The notes beneath the pieces were generated by a model. The model made no database searches, was not told the DNA's origin, and saw only the letters and a program-made list of their open reading frames with translations. Positions 45,825 to 59,360 of a DNA stretch of 64,000 bases are shown one piece after another (positions within the stretch are counted from its first letter, which is position 1; the number at the start of each line of letters is the position of its first letter). This DNA is from Chrysomallon squamiferum (taxonomy: Eukaryota; Animalia; Mollusca). The stretch lies in assembly GCA_012295275.1 (NCBI GenBank), contig CM022667.1, positions 13,888,001 to 13,952,000 of the forward strand, in the 5' to 3' direction. The translations under genes were made by a program, and so were the position numbers.

Positions 45825-46144
45825 GTTATGTTGGGTTTTTTTCCTTTTTCATTTCATTGTGAGTCTGTATAAGATAAGAATAGGTGGTATTGCTTAAGAT
45901 CACTATTATGTTATTCATTTCTTTAACAAAACTAATTTTCATTTAGCACAGTTTTTTAACGATCTTTCCATATTAGACATATAACAGAAAAATAATATAT
46001 ATATATATAATTATTTTTTTTTTCTAATTATTTCACATTATTCGGAAAATGTTTCTTTTATCTTTTAAAAATTATTGATATTCCAATAAATCGTTTATTG
46101 CACTCAGTTATTCATAACCTTTTATTTACTAGGTACAAAGTAAG

Positions 46145-46414
46145 ATGAAGATACTATTAGCGCTCTGTATTTTGTCAGGTATCAGTTAATTTGTTATTAT
46201 ATTCAAAACTCGCGCAGGCGCACTAACGCTCAGATATCTATATCTCTATGACGAAGTCTGTTTACAAAATGTGTTCTTTGGAATATAAAGAATTATAACA
46301 ACTAAATAGAAAACCAATAAAATGTTTTGTACATTAAATATAATTATTTATTTTGAAATATATTTTTCATTTTGAACCATACCTCTCTCACATACACATA
46401 ACACACACACATAC

Positions 46415-46478
<64 letters not shown>

Positions 46479-48199
46479 TAATAACGTTAATCGTATTTTT
46501 ATAAACAGTGATAATTCTATTACGTGGCATGTTATGGCGGTTTGTCAGAGTTCTAATGAAAAATTTGAATAACCATAATTACAAATGTGTTTATTTCAGT
46601 AACAATACACCTCGCTTTTTGTTTATGTGATCCTCAAGCAGTGAAAAAGTGTCAAATAAACCTTTCACAGACAACAAAGAGAATTGGCCTAGGAAACACT
46701 GAAAAATGCCGGTACGAAAGATCTTAACAGTATAACATTGTATTTATTTATTTGTTTATTTATCTATTTCTTCTTTTTTCATGTATTTATTCATTCATTT
46801 TAAATTATTCTTATTTATATTTATCTTTGTTTCGTTTGATAATTATTTGTTTCTCTTTTTATTTACAAATTAACTGATTGGTATTATTTTTGTAGATATA
46901 AAATGTAACTACACATAATCATTCTTTATAAATCTTCTTTTTTTTTTTTTTCTTTTAAGTCTTTCTCTGATTGTCTTTGTCGCATAACAAATAATAAATA
47001 AACATAACTATTTTTTTTTTTTTAGCTTATCACAGATAATGATGACTTGTATTATTAAATCAGACTGTCAAGAATTTGACCTCGAGATGGAAGAAATAGT
47101 AAGAAATCTGAAGGTGGCCATAAGAGAGAATTGTGGTACGTTGGCTGTATACATAGTAAAATTTACAATAGTAGTAGTAATAGTCGTAATAGTAACAATT
47201 GCAGTAGCAGCACTAATGGTAATAGTAGCAGTGGTATCAATAGCAGTAGTACTAAGAATACTTATAGTAGTGGAAGTGGTAGTAGCAATAGTAGTAGTAG
47301 TATCAGTAGCAGTACTAGTAGTAGCAGTAGCAGTAGTAGTAATAATACTAATAACAATGGAACTGGTAGTAGCAATAGTAATAGTAGTAGCAGTGGTAGC
47401 AGCAGCAGTACTAGTAGTAGTAGTAATAATAGCAATAGCAGTAACACTAGTAGTAATAATAGTAATAGTAATGGAAATGGTAGTAGCAATAGTAATAGTA
47501 GTAGCAGTGGTAGCAGCAGCAGTACTACTAGTAGTAGTAATAATAGTAATAGCAGTAACACTAGTAGTAATAATAGTAATAGTAGTGGAAATGGTAGTAG
47601 CAATAGTAATAGTAGTAGCAGTGGTAGCAGTAGCAGTAGCAGTACTAGCAGTGGTAGTGGTAGTAGTAGTAGTAGGAGCAGTGGTATCAGTTGCAGGACT
47701 AGTAGTAGTAGTAGCAGTAGCAGCAGTAGTAATTATAGTGGAAGTGGTTGTAGCAATAATAGTACTGGTAGAAGCAGTGGTAGCTGCTAGTTGTAGCAGT
47801 GCTAATAGTAGTAATAATAAATAATAATGGTTATGGTAGCGATGATAGTAGCAATAGTAATAGTAGTAGCAGAGCAGTACTAGCAGTAGTAGTGGCAGTA
47901 GTAATAGTAGTATTAATAGTAGTAGTAATTATAGTAATAGTAGCGGAATTGGTTATTGCAATAGTAATAGCAGTAGTAATGGTAGGAGTAATAGTAGTAT
48001 TAACAGTGATACTATATTATTCTCTTTGTATGGTTTTATATGAGTGAAAATATTTGTAAAGGATAAGTCCTTTAGTACTAACAATAAAAATTCGATGGTT
48101 CTTATCAATGATTTGACAATTGCTATTTGCTACAAATCAACTAAATTATACAGTATTGCACTTACACAGTCATACATAAAACATACATTTATATACATT

Positions 48200-48238
<39 letters not shown>

Positions 48239-49042
48239 CTATACACACACAGATACAAATATACAAATCTCTCTATGTGTGTGTGTATGTATGTATATAT
48301 GTAGGATTGTATACATGCAATTGTGTATGCATGTATGTGAATACATATTTGTATACATACATAAATCTATTTCCGATAATATTTCAGGCGAAAGTAAAGA
48401 AACCCTTGCTGCACATAGCGAAGGTGGGTGGTTTAAATCACTATGTCAACCAGAAGATACTTAATGTTTAAAATTTACATCTGATACGTAGAAATCCATT
48501 TTACCCCCTAGTTCAGTGATTCCCAACCTTTTCATCATTTGCGGAGCCCTATAACATTTTTTAATATCCTGCGGTGCCTCACCCCCACCCCACACACATT
48601 TATTTTATTTTACCAGTTAAAAATAAAAAAAAAGGACAAAACTAAAGGAACAGAAGTCCAAAAAATAATATATTAATATTATAACATAACTTCTTACCGT
48701 TAGTCAGTTAGTGTGAAACAGGAAAAGGCTTGTTCACAGAGGTACGAAGTTGAGAATTGTAATAAAATGTTGCAACCAAAGGAAATTCTGCTTTTACGTC
48801 ATCTCTCGCGGAGCCCTAGAAGATGCCCCGGTTGGGAAACACTGCCCTATTTCAAGACATTTATTTCTGTATTAGCACTTCAAGTCTCTATGCTAGCTCC
48901 CATTTAACAGATAACATTAAAACGAATTAATTAATACTAATTAGTTTTTTATGTTTGTTTTACAGCTGAGAATCAGGCTTCCAGATCTGTGTTCTGGATG
49001 TGGATTGGAATAATGATCGCGCTCATTATTTTAGACATATAG
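46145..49042 (+). CDS. Gene I: six-Cys GPI-anchor-like protein, 122 aa
   Basis: Exons 46145-46178, 46600-46711, 47026-47135, 48388-48423, 48966-49042. MKILLALCILSVTIHLAFCLCDPQAVKKCQINLSQTTKRIGLGNTEKCRLSQIMMTCIIKSDCQEFDLEMEEIVRNLKVAIRENCGESKETLAAHSEAENQASRSVFWMWIGIMIALIILDI. Confidence 0.9.
47168..48010. repeat. Complex (AGT/AGC/AAT)n trinucleotide expansion in gene I intron 3
   Basis: About 840 nt of mixed triplets with higher-order repeats such as GTAACACTAGTAGTAATAATAGTAATAGTAGTGGAAATGGTAGTAGCAATAG. Confidence 0.9.
48514..48844. mobile_element. hAT (Charlie-like) MITE in gene I intron 4
   Basis: TIRs CAGTGATTCCCAACC ... GGTTGGGAAACACTG, an 8-bp imperfect TSD CCCTAGTT/CCCTATTT, and subterminal GCGGAGCCC repeats. 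Confidence 0.85.
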
Positions 49043-49099
49043 ACAGAATCGACTTTCAAAGAAACATATGTGTCTATGCCCCAGAGATTGTTAAAGTTA

Positions 49100-49171
<72 letters not shown>

Positions 49172-49327
49172 TAGCGATACTTCAGCCAGTTTGCTCTAAC
49201 AGCAATAATACAGTGCCTCTTTACTAATGCATGTCATTTTCTAATTCTGGTTTACATAGAAATCAACTATATATATTCAGTGTACTTCACATACATACAT
49301 ATATAGATACATACATACACACATACA

Positions 49328-49364
<37 letters not shown>

Positions 49365-49535
49365 ATAAAAGAAAGATACGTACATGTATACAGACATACA
49401 TATTACTAAAATACACCGACGCATACACATATGTACATACAAGTATACAGAGAGGCAGTCATACAGTCATAAACACATACGTACACATATAAAAACATAA
49501 CTACATATCAATATAATTATAACAATCAGTTTCAG

Positions 49536-49929
49536 GTGAGAGCGAGTTAGCTCCTGCACACAGCAAAGGTAGGCGGTTTTAAATAATTTTGTTACCTCGA
49601 AGATTCTTGAAAGGGGTGTTTAATTATCCTTAAGGTTAAAAAAAACCTTGCTATTAAATCAACTAGATGTGCCCAATATACTCTCTGATTATTGTTCTGT
49701 TTCTTTAGTCCAGTCTTTGATTATAACAATTAATAACGATGTCACATGAGGTTCTAATCTTAATTTCCTACTGCATTACTTTATACGTTTGTTTGTTAGT
49801 TTGAAAATAATCATTAGGAAATATAGCAAGTGCATTTAACTTATTATTGATACATTTTATGTTGCGACTTTTCAGTAAAATATGGATCTTTCATTTCAAG
49901 TAATCTGTCGAGAAATTATCTTAAAACGT

Positions 49930-49995
<66 letters not shown>

Positions 49996-50437
49996 ACATT
50001 ATAAAATATAACCTTTTATAGTATTCACTTTTATTTCATAATCTGGAAAACGATAATTTGTTTTTCAAGGATCATTTTATATATGTAGTGACAAAAATGA
50101 TATAAGAAACCGTTTATAATACAGATTCTAATAATTACCAATCTACATCGAAGTTCTATCCTTTATTGCACATTTTGTTCGTAACGTAATATTTCTATTT
50201 CTGTCACTCGATTACAACAGTCCTTTTGACATCGTCGAATTCAATTTCCTCTCTGTACATCTTGGTTTATTTCCTGAACTAGTCTGTGAAAATATATCTG
50301 CTGTATCGTCAATAAATGTTAATATTAAAATATCGGACTAAATATTAATTGTATTTCCAGGTGAGCAGCGGGCACTCAGACCTCAGTTCCTGATCTGGAT
50401 TGGAATAATGATCGCGCTCATCATTTTAGACACATAG
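49536..50437 (+). pseudogene. Orphan duplicate of gene H exons 4-5 downstream of gene I
   Basis: Exon 49536-49568 (GESELAPAHSK) and exon 50361-50437 (GEQRALRPQFLIWIGIMIALIILDT*) have intact splice sites but no exons 1-3 of their own. Confidence 0.85.
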
Positions 50438-51662
50438 ACAAAATCGACATTCAATACGATGTCTGTTCAAAGACAACTATATAAATAAAACTAAATAAGA
50501 AAACTCGGTTAATGTCATCTTTATAATTAAATATAATTTTTGCTAATTATCATTATTTGTTGATTCTGTGTTTTAAATGATTTCTTACATTTCGTCTGTC
50601 ATTATATAATAAATAATAACATGGTAATTTTAAGTTGGATATAAAAAAAGCATTTACAAAATCCATTTAACAGAATATATATATATACTGCTTTCTGTGA
50701 AACTAGAAGTATCGTGAAATCACTATTTCTCTTAGAATTTCTCAAGAAAATTTCTCGACAGTTCACTTGAAATGAAACATCCATCTTTTACTGACAAGAT
50801 GCAGCATTGTATTACTATATAATACATTACAAAGAATTATATTTACCGTGATGACGGATTATTTATTTATTTATTTATTTATTATTATTATTATTTTAAA
50901 TAAATACATAATAGAGAGAAATAAAAATAAAGAACCTTTGACATAAAAGTAGTATTTTTGATGTAACATTATTTGAATCGGTTCAATGTATACACTTCAG
51001 CATAATTGTAAAGGATTTTTTATTTTTTATTTGGTGTTTGTGTGCGAGTGTGTGTGTGTGCGTGTGTGCGTGTGTGTGTTTTCCTGTCTTAACAAGGTAT
51101 TTGAAAGGTTTGTTTTATTATTAATTTTTTTTATATGATACCATTAAGTACAGTAATATTTCTGCTGGACAGTATAGTCGCGATAATAGTAATATTTTTT
51201 TTTAAATTGTCGAACTCTTCAAATCTGTTTCCACTGAACATCAGAAGAAAGAAAAACGTGCTACAAGAAAGGCAATTACCGTAAGAGTACACTGGAGAGT
51301 AAGGAGATCTAACGTAAAAGGAAATGACGTAATATATTAACAGACGTCAGTTATGTTGGTTTTTTTTCCTTTTTCATTTCATTGTGAGTCTGTATAAGAT
51401 AAGAATAGGTGGTATTACTTAGGATCACTATTATGTTATTCATTTCTTTAACAAAACTAATTTTCATTTAGCACAGTTTTTTAACGATCTTTCCATATTA
51501 GACATATAACAGAAAAATAATATATATATAATTATGTTTTTCTAATTATTTCACATTATTCGGAAAATGTTTCTTTTATCTTTTAAAAAATATTGATATT
51601 CCAATAAATCGTTTATTGCACTCAGTTATTCATAACCTTTTATTTACTAGGTACAAAGTAAG

Positions 51663-51920
51663 ATGAAGATACTATTAGCTCTCTGTATTTTGTCAGGTAT
51701 CAGTTAATTTGTTATTATATTCAAAACTCGCGCAGGCGCACTAACGCTCAGATATCTCTATATCTCTATGACGAAGTCTGTTTACAAAATGTGTTCTTTC
51801 GAATATAAAGAATTATAACAACTAAATAGAAAACCAATAAAATGTTTTGTGCATTAAATATAATTATTTATTTTGAAATATATTTTTCATTTTGAACCAT
51901 TCCTCTCTCACATACACATA

Positions 51921-51998
<78 letters not shown>

Positions 51999-54045
51999 TT
52001 CATAATAACGTTAATCGTATTTTTATAAACAGTGATAATTCTATTACGTGGCATGTTATGGCGGTTTGTCAGAGTTCTAATGAAAAATTTGAATAACCAT
52101 AATTACAAATGTGTTTATTTCAGTAACAATACACCTCGCTTTTTGTTTATGTGATCCTCAAGCAGTGAAAAAGTGTCAAACAAACCTTTCACAGGTATCA
52201 AAGCAAGTTGGCCTAGAAAGCAATGCAAAATGCCGGTACGAAAGATCCTAACAGTATAACTTTGTATTTATTTATTTCTTCTTTTTTCATGTATTTATTC
52301 ATTCATTTTAAATTATTCTTATTTATATTTATCTTTGTTTCGTTTGATAATTATTTGTTTCTCTTTTTATTTACAAATTAACTGATTGGTATTATTTTTG
52401 TAGATATAAAATGTAACTACACATAATCATTCTTTATAAAAAAAAAAAAAAATTTGTTTTAAGTCTTTCTCTGAATGTCTTTGCAGCATAACAAATAATA
52501 AATAAACATAACTATTTTTTTTTAGCTTATCACAGATAATGATGACCTGTATTATTAAATCAAACTGTCAAACGGCTAATCTCGAGATAGAAGAAATAGT
52601 AAGAAATCTGAAGGCGGCCATAAGAGAGAACTGTGGTACGTTGGCTGTATACATAGTGAAATTTACAATAGTAGTAGTAATAGTCGTAATAGTAACAATT
52701 GCAGTAGCAGCACTAATGGTAATAGTAGCAGTGGTATCAATAGCAGTAGTACTAATAATACTTATAGTAGTGGAAGTGGTAGTAGCAATAGTAGTAGTAG
52801 CAGCAGTAGCAGTACTAGTAGTAGCAGTAGCAGTAGTAGTAATAATACTAATAATAATGGAACTGGTAGTAGCAATAGTAATAGTAGTAGCAGTGGTAGC
52901 AGTAGCACTACTAGTAGTAGTAATAATAGTAATAGTAATAATAGTAATAATAGTAACACTAGTAGTAATAATAGTAATAGTAGTGGAAATGGTAGTAGCA
53001 ATAGTAGTAGTAGTAGTAGCAGTGGTAGCAGCACTAATGGCAGTAGCAGTACTAGTAGTAGTAATAATAGTAATAGCAGTGTAACACTGGTAGTAATAAT
53101 AGTAATAGTAGTGGAAATGGTAGTAGTAATAATAGTAATAATAATAGAACTGGTAGTAGCATAGTAGTAGCAGTGGTAGCAGTAGCAGTACTAGTAGTAG
53201 TAATAATAGTAATAGCAGTAACACTAGTAGTAATAATAGTAATATTAGTGGAAATGGTAGTAGCAATAGTAGTAGCAGTAGCAGTGGTAGCAGTAGCAGT
53301 ACTAGTAGTAGTAATAATAGTAATAGCAGTAACACTAGTAGTAATAATAGTAATATTAGTGGAAATGGTAGTAGCAATAGTAATAGCAGTATCAGTGGTA
53401 GCAGTAGCAGTAGCAGTAGTAATAATAGTAATAGCAGCTAGCAGTGGTAATGGTAGGTAGTAGTAGTAGCAGTAGTAGCAGGAGCAGGTGGCAGCAGCAG
53501 CAGTAGTAGTAGTAGTAGTAGTAGTAGCAGTAGCAGCAGTAGTAATTATAGTGGAAGTGGTTGTAGCAATAATAGTACTAGTAGTAGCAGTGCTAGCAGT
53601 AATAGTACTAGTAGTTGTATTGCTAGTGCTAGTAGAAGTAATAATAGTAGTAATAATAATAGTTATGGTAGCGGAAGTGATAGTAGCAATAGTAATAGTA
53701 GTAGCAGAGAGCAGTACTAGCAGTAGTAGTGGCAGTAGTAATGGTAGTATTAATAGTAGTAGTAATTATAGTAATAGTAGCGGAATTGGTTATAGCAATA
53801 GTAATAGCAGTAGTAATGGTAGGAGTAATAGTAGTATTAACAGTGATACTATATTATTCTCTTTGTATGGTTTTATATGAGTGAAAATATTTGTAAAGGA
53901 TAAGTCCTTTAGTACTAACAATAAAAATTCGATGGTTCTTATCAATGATTTGACAAATGCTATTTGCTACAAATCAACTAAATTGTACAGTATTGCACTT
54001 ACACAGTCATACATAAAACATACATGTATATACATTCATACGTAC

Positions 54046-54080
<35 letters not shown>

Positions 54081-54881
54081 AATATACAAATCTCTCTATG
54101 TGTGTGTGTGTATGTATATATGTAGGATTGTATACATGCAATTGTGTATGCATGTATGTGAATACATATTTGTATAAATACATAAATCTATTTCCGATAA
54201 TATTTCAGGCGATAGTAAAGGAACCCTTGCTGCACATAGCGAAGGTGGGTAGTTTTAAATCACTATGTCAACCAGAAGATACTTAATGTTTAAAATTTAC
54301 ATCTGATACGTAGAAATCCATTTTACCCCCTAGTTCAGTGATTCCCAACCTTTTCATCATTTGCGGAGCCCTATAACATTTTTTAATATCCTGCGGTGCC
54401 CCACCCCACCCACACACATTTATTTTATTTTACCAGCTAAAAAAAAAAAAAAAAAAAAAAAGACAATACTAAAGCAACAGAAGTCCAAAAAAAAAAAAAT
54501 ATATATATATATTTATATTATAACATAACTTCTTACCGTTAGTCAGTTAGTGTGAGACAGGAAAAGGCTTGTTCACAGAGGTACGAAGTTGAGAATTGTA
54601 ATAAAATGCTGCAACCAAAGGAAATTCTGCTTTTACGTCATCTCTCGCGGAGCCCTTGAAGATGCCCCGGTTGGGAAACACTGCTCTATTTCAAGACATT
54701 TATTTCTGTATTAGCACTTCAAGTCTCTATGCTAGCTCCCATTTAACAGATAACATTAAAACGAATTAATTAATACTAATTAGTTTTTTATGTTTGTTTT
54801 ACAGCTGAGAATCAGGCTTCCAGATGTGCGTTCTCGAAGTGGATTGGAATAATGATCGCGCTCGTCATTTTAGACATCTAG
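51663..54881 (+). CDS. Gene J: six-Cys GPI-anchor-like protein, 122 aa
   Basis: Exons 51663-51696, 52124-52235, 52526-52635, 54209-54244, 54805-54881. MKILLALCILSVTIHLAFCLCDPQAVKKCQTNLSQVSKQVGLESNAKCRLSQIMMTCIIKSNCQTANLEIEEIVRNLKAAIRENCGDSKGTLAAHSEAENQASRCAFSKWIGIMIALVILDI. Confidence 0.9.
52668..53845. repeat. Complex (AGT/AGC/AAT)n expansion in gene J intron 3
   Basis: Paralog of the gene I tract, about 340 nt longer. Confidence 0.9.
54336..54683. mobile_element. hAT MITE in gene J intron 4 (duplicated with the gene)
   Basis: Same TIRs and insertion site as 48514-48844. Confidence 0.85.
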
Positions 54882-54938
54882 ACAGAATCGACTTTCAAAG
54901 AAACATATGTGTCCCTGCCTCAGAGATTGTTAAAGTTA

Positions 54939-55040
<102 letters not shown>

Positions 55041-55915
55041 AACTACAAACAGACACAGAAAATGAATAATCAATTTATCACCATTATAAAAAAGAAATTA
55101 ATATTCATAATTATTAGAATTTGTTGGTTCTGTATTATAAACGGTTTATTACATCACTTTTGTCAGTATATATATAATATGATCCATGAAAGACAAATTG
55201 TTGAAATCCAGATTATGAAATAAAAGTGAATATTATAAAAGGTTATATTTTATAATTTGTTAGATACCTTGTGTGTGTGTGTGTGTCTGTGTGTCTGTGT
55301 GTTTCTGTGTGTGTGTGTGTGTGTGTTTAGACGTTTTAAGATAATTTCTCGACAGATTACTTCAAATGAAAGATCCATATTTTACTGAAAAGTTACAACA
55401 TTGTATTATTTTGTAATTTATTTCAAAGAATTATGTTCACCAAAAGTAAATAAATAAACAGATGAATTAAGCAAAGCAAAACTGACACAGAAGTATTATT
55501 TTCAATCTACCATAAAATAAATCCATTTACTATTTATGAGAATTATCATATAATGCACTGGGCTATATTTTATTATTTTATTATATTTTTTTGGTTTCCT
55601 GTCTTAATAAGGTACTTGAAAGGATTATATTTATGCATACTTGCAGTTAGTTAGGAGTGATTTGAAGGAAACTTGTTCATCAAACTATCGATAGCGTGAG
55701 AGTTTGAAGGCGTAACCAATATTTATTGTCAACATTGATAATATATATGATACCATTAACAATACTAACATTTCAACTAAACAAGGTGAAAATAGTTTTG
55801 AACTGTTCAAGTCATTTTGCACTGAATATCACAAGATAGTAAAACGTATAACCAAGGCGGCAATCGATCGACTGACTTTCTGACGGCAAGCGGGCCTAAA
55901 TAAGAATATTTTGTT

Positions 55916-55959
55916 TATAAAAGCGTCCAAGAAATGACGTAATATAGTAACAGACGTCA
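55916..55959 (+). promoter_or_regulatory. TATA-like box plus CRE-like cassette, gene K
   Basis: TATAAAAG (55916), AGAAATGACGTAA, CAGACGTCA. Confidence 0.6.
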
Positions 55960-56451
55960 TTAAGCGGTTCATCTTTTTTTTTTCTCGGTGCATGTGTGTG
56001 TGTGTGTACGTCTGGGTGTGTGTATGTGAGTGTGTGTTAATACGTAACACCAGAATTGGTGTTTTGGGGTAACATCACTATTATATATATTTTTTTTTTT
56101 CTACCAAACTAATTTAAGCTTATTCTTTCTTGGCAGTTTATTTCTATTCCTTATCTGGAGACGTTTTATTGAATATTTTTTATACGGTTTCGTGTTCAGC
56201 TGTTTGGATGAATAGATTCTGCTGTGTGCTTAGAGTCAGTAAAATCACCATGCCATTATGATAAAATCGCTGTTAACGAAAATATATCAATATTGCAAGA
56301 TTATGAACATTTTTATTTGTTTTTTTTTTTCGTTGTTATTTCTTTTTATTTCGAAAACATATCTTTCGTTATTTGAAAATTACTGTCATTCATTAACTCG
56401 TATATTGCAATTGTAGACTGTCCACTTTTTATATACTAGGAACATAGCAAG

Positions 56452-57238
56452 ATGAAGATTCTATCAGTTGTGTGTATGTTGTCAGGTATGGTTTAATTTA
56501 TTATTGTAGTCAAAAATATTGTATAAAAAATATAGTATTCAAAACACGCACAAACATAAAGATACATATTTACACACATAAGTTTATGAAAAATGATAAT
56601 AACGAAACGGAAATTCTGTATTAACAATATAGCCAATATCTACAATAACATATCAAATGTTTCATAGATTAAATGCAATTATTTGTTTTTAAAGATCTAA
56701 TTATTTGTATTTCAGTTTTCTTTTCAGTTATATTTTAATTTTATTTAATTCTTACAATAATTTACATTAAATCTCAGCCATAAATGTTATTCTTTCAGAA
56801 ACAAGGTGTTTTTATCATTGTATAGTATCCAAAATATTGCGAACACTCACAGACAGAAACAGAAACAAATTCCTTCATATTAAGTCAATACAATTTCAAA
56901 ATCTGTGCTAATGTTATTAGAACGGCATTCTTTTGTGGTCTGCTACAGTTATGAGAGAATGTTTACACAACTATAATTACAAATTTGTATATTTCAGTAA
57001 CAATACACTTAACTTTTTCTGAGTGTAATTCAGACTTAATGAAAAAGTGCGCTTTGGAATTTGTGCTGTTTAAAACCAATACGAGTATTACTAAGTCGAC
57101 CAAATGCCGGTACGTTTGCACGAAAATAGTACGAATTAAAATACACTTTTATTTATTTTTATATTTAATTATTTAACTGTTTGTTTATTTATCTTAATTT
57201 TTTTCTTATTTATTCTTATTATTTATTGTCATAATTTA

Positions 57239-57294
<56 letters not shown>

Positions 57295-57387
57295 TATTTT
57301 TATATATTTAGTAGAGTTGATTAATATTGTTTTTGTCGACTCTTTTATATCCCCAAAATTCCTTCTCTTTCACAAAATGTTTTTGCC

Positions 57388-57442
<55 letters not shown>

Positions 57443-58443
57443 CAACATCACAATACTTCAGATTTGCACGGAATTTGTGGAGCTGTCTGATAAAATCAAG
57501 ATGTCAGGATGACCGTGAATATGGAAGTGAAATAAAAAAATTGAAATCCACCGCGATAAGAATTTGCAGTACGTTCGTTTTTTGTAATATACCGCTTCTT
57601 TACTTTTTGACAAATACTTACGTAAATGATGATAATAATAATAACAACAATAACAACCAAAACAACAGCATCATCAACAACAAGAACAACAACGATAATA
57701 ATAATAATATTTAATTCTTGGGTGTGTTTATGTGTGTATGTGTGTTTGACAACACAATACAAGAAAAAAAATATAAAAAAATTCTAATATTGTTTCAGTG
57801 GAGGACAACAACTTTGAAACTACTGCATTTAGCAGAGGTATGTGGCTTTCAAATATTACTGCAATGTTTCTTGTTTGGTGTGCTTGGTAATGCGTAGATT
57901 TCAAAAATTGTTTATTTCTTTTAGGTACCTCTCAGCTAAATGTGTTTAGTACAGTTTCTATGTGTTGTTCTGTTCATGGAGGTGAATCAGTAGTAGTATT
58001 AATTAATGATGCTATCAGATGCTGTTCCATTATTAAGGTCCCGCATTTTTTTTAATTAATAAATCAAGCTGCTGGATTTTTAGAATAATCGCCAGGTAGC
58101 AGCGCTTTTAGACCCATTTTATGTTGCAATAAGTCTCCGTCGAAGTTGCTGTCCTTTATTACATGTTTTGTTCGAATTACAATACGATGTATTCTGATCT
58201 CTGTCAATCTATCAGAGTCATCTTCTGAAATCACAGGATTAATATTTCTGTTCAACCACTGGTTCATTTCTGCACTGGCCTCTTCAAGTCCGTATGACTG
58301 ACCACATACAACTGTTAATATTAAAATGAACCACTAAATAAGAATTATTTGAATTTTTGTTTTCAGTGGAGCATCAGGGTCGCAGATCCCTGTTCTTGAT
58401 GTGGATTGGAATAATGATTGCGCTCGTTAATTTAAAGAAATAG
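56452..58443 (+). CDS. Gene K: six-Cys GPI-anchor-like protein, 122 aa
   Basis: Exons 56452-56485, 56998-57109, 57462-57568, 57799-57837, 58367-58443. MKILSVVCMLSVTIHLTFSECNSDLMKKCALEFVLFKTNTSITKSTKCRFARNLWSCLIKSRCQDDREYGSEIKKLKSTAIRICMEDNNFETTAFSRVEHQGRRSLFLMWIGIMIALVNLKK. Confidence 0.9.
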
Positions 58444-58869
58444 ACAGAATCGACATTCTAAGCCTCAAAGACTGGTATCGTTCATGAATGAAAATAAATT
58501 TGAAAAAAAAAAATAATAATAATAAATTATATATTTAGATGTTGTTGTTTTTTGTTTTCTTTTACATCGCATTTACCAATGCTAAATCATTATTTCATCA
58601 TCTAAAAGCATTTGAAAAAAAATAAAAAAAAAAAAAAATGATATCCACTTGACAAATTGTTGGAATAAGGGTGAATTCTGTGAATAGCAATTAAACTTCT
58701 GTTGAAACTAGGAGTTTCGCAAAATCCACGACCTTTAAAGGAAATTCATGAAATCTCAGTTTCACCTTGGAATTTTATGATAATCTCTAGTTTTTGCCAC
58801 AAATTCGTCCAAATCTACTAGAATGTATCTGTAATGGCTAAGTATAATCATCACACATTATGTTTTCTA

Positions 58870-59360
58870 TTACAGACAGAAAGTCGTGTTAACATTACCA
58901 GTAGAGTGACTCTGTAACACTACGAATAGCTGTAACAACCGTACACGTATATCAGACATCTGCGTACACAACGATCGCAATGAAACGATAACTCGACTAA
59001 CACCTTTTTTGGATAAGTGACACTGCTGTTGCTTCTGCTGTTACAAAATCTCTCTGTTTCCTAACGCCTTCACTTGTCTGTATGTCCCTGTTTATTGCCG
59101 TTGCTGTGGAGTCACGGCCTAGCCAGAAGCCGTGGGCTTGACATCAGAGTTATTGAATAGTCGACTGGGAAAGAAATCAAACTGATTCTTGCAGTACTTT
59201 GTGCTCACAATCTTTACTTATCGCAAAGTTGATGTTCATCCCGATCGGAACTCCAAGGATATTTCTAGGATCACCTCTACGTCTGTCACCCAAGGGAGGG
59301 AAGTTTTTCTCACACATCAAGTCAATGCGGAAGATCTTGAACCAGCTTCATGTCTGGAAT
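58870..59360 (-). mobile_element. Possible degraded retroelement fragment
   Basis: GC-richer island interrupting the family spacer. The minus strand contains ...NILGVPIG..., reminiscent of the (Y/I)LG(V/A)PIG motif of non-LTR reverse transcriptases. There is no long ORF. Confidence 0.25.

Noticed and set aside
47039-47824. 261-aa Val/Ile-rich ORF, 219-aa Ser/Asn-rich ORF and antisense poly-Leu/Thr ORFs (also 52539-53880)
   Set aside because: Only the first about 32 codons are real (exon 3). The remainder is an intronic triplet repeat beyond a conserved GT donor.
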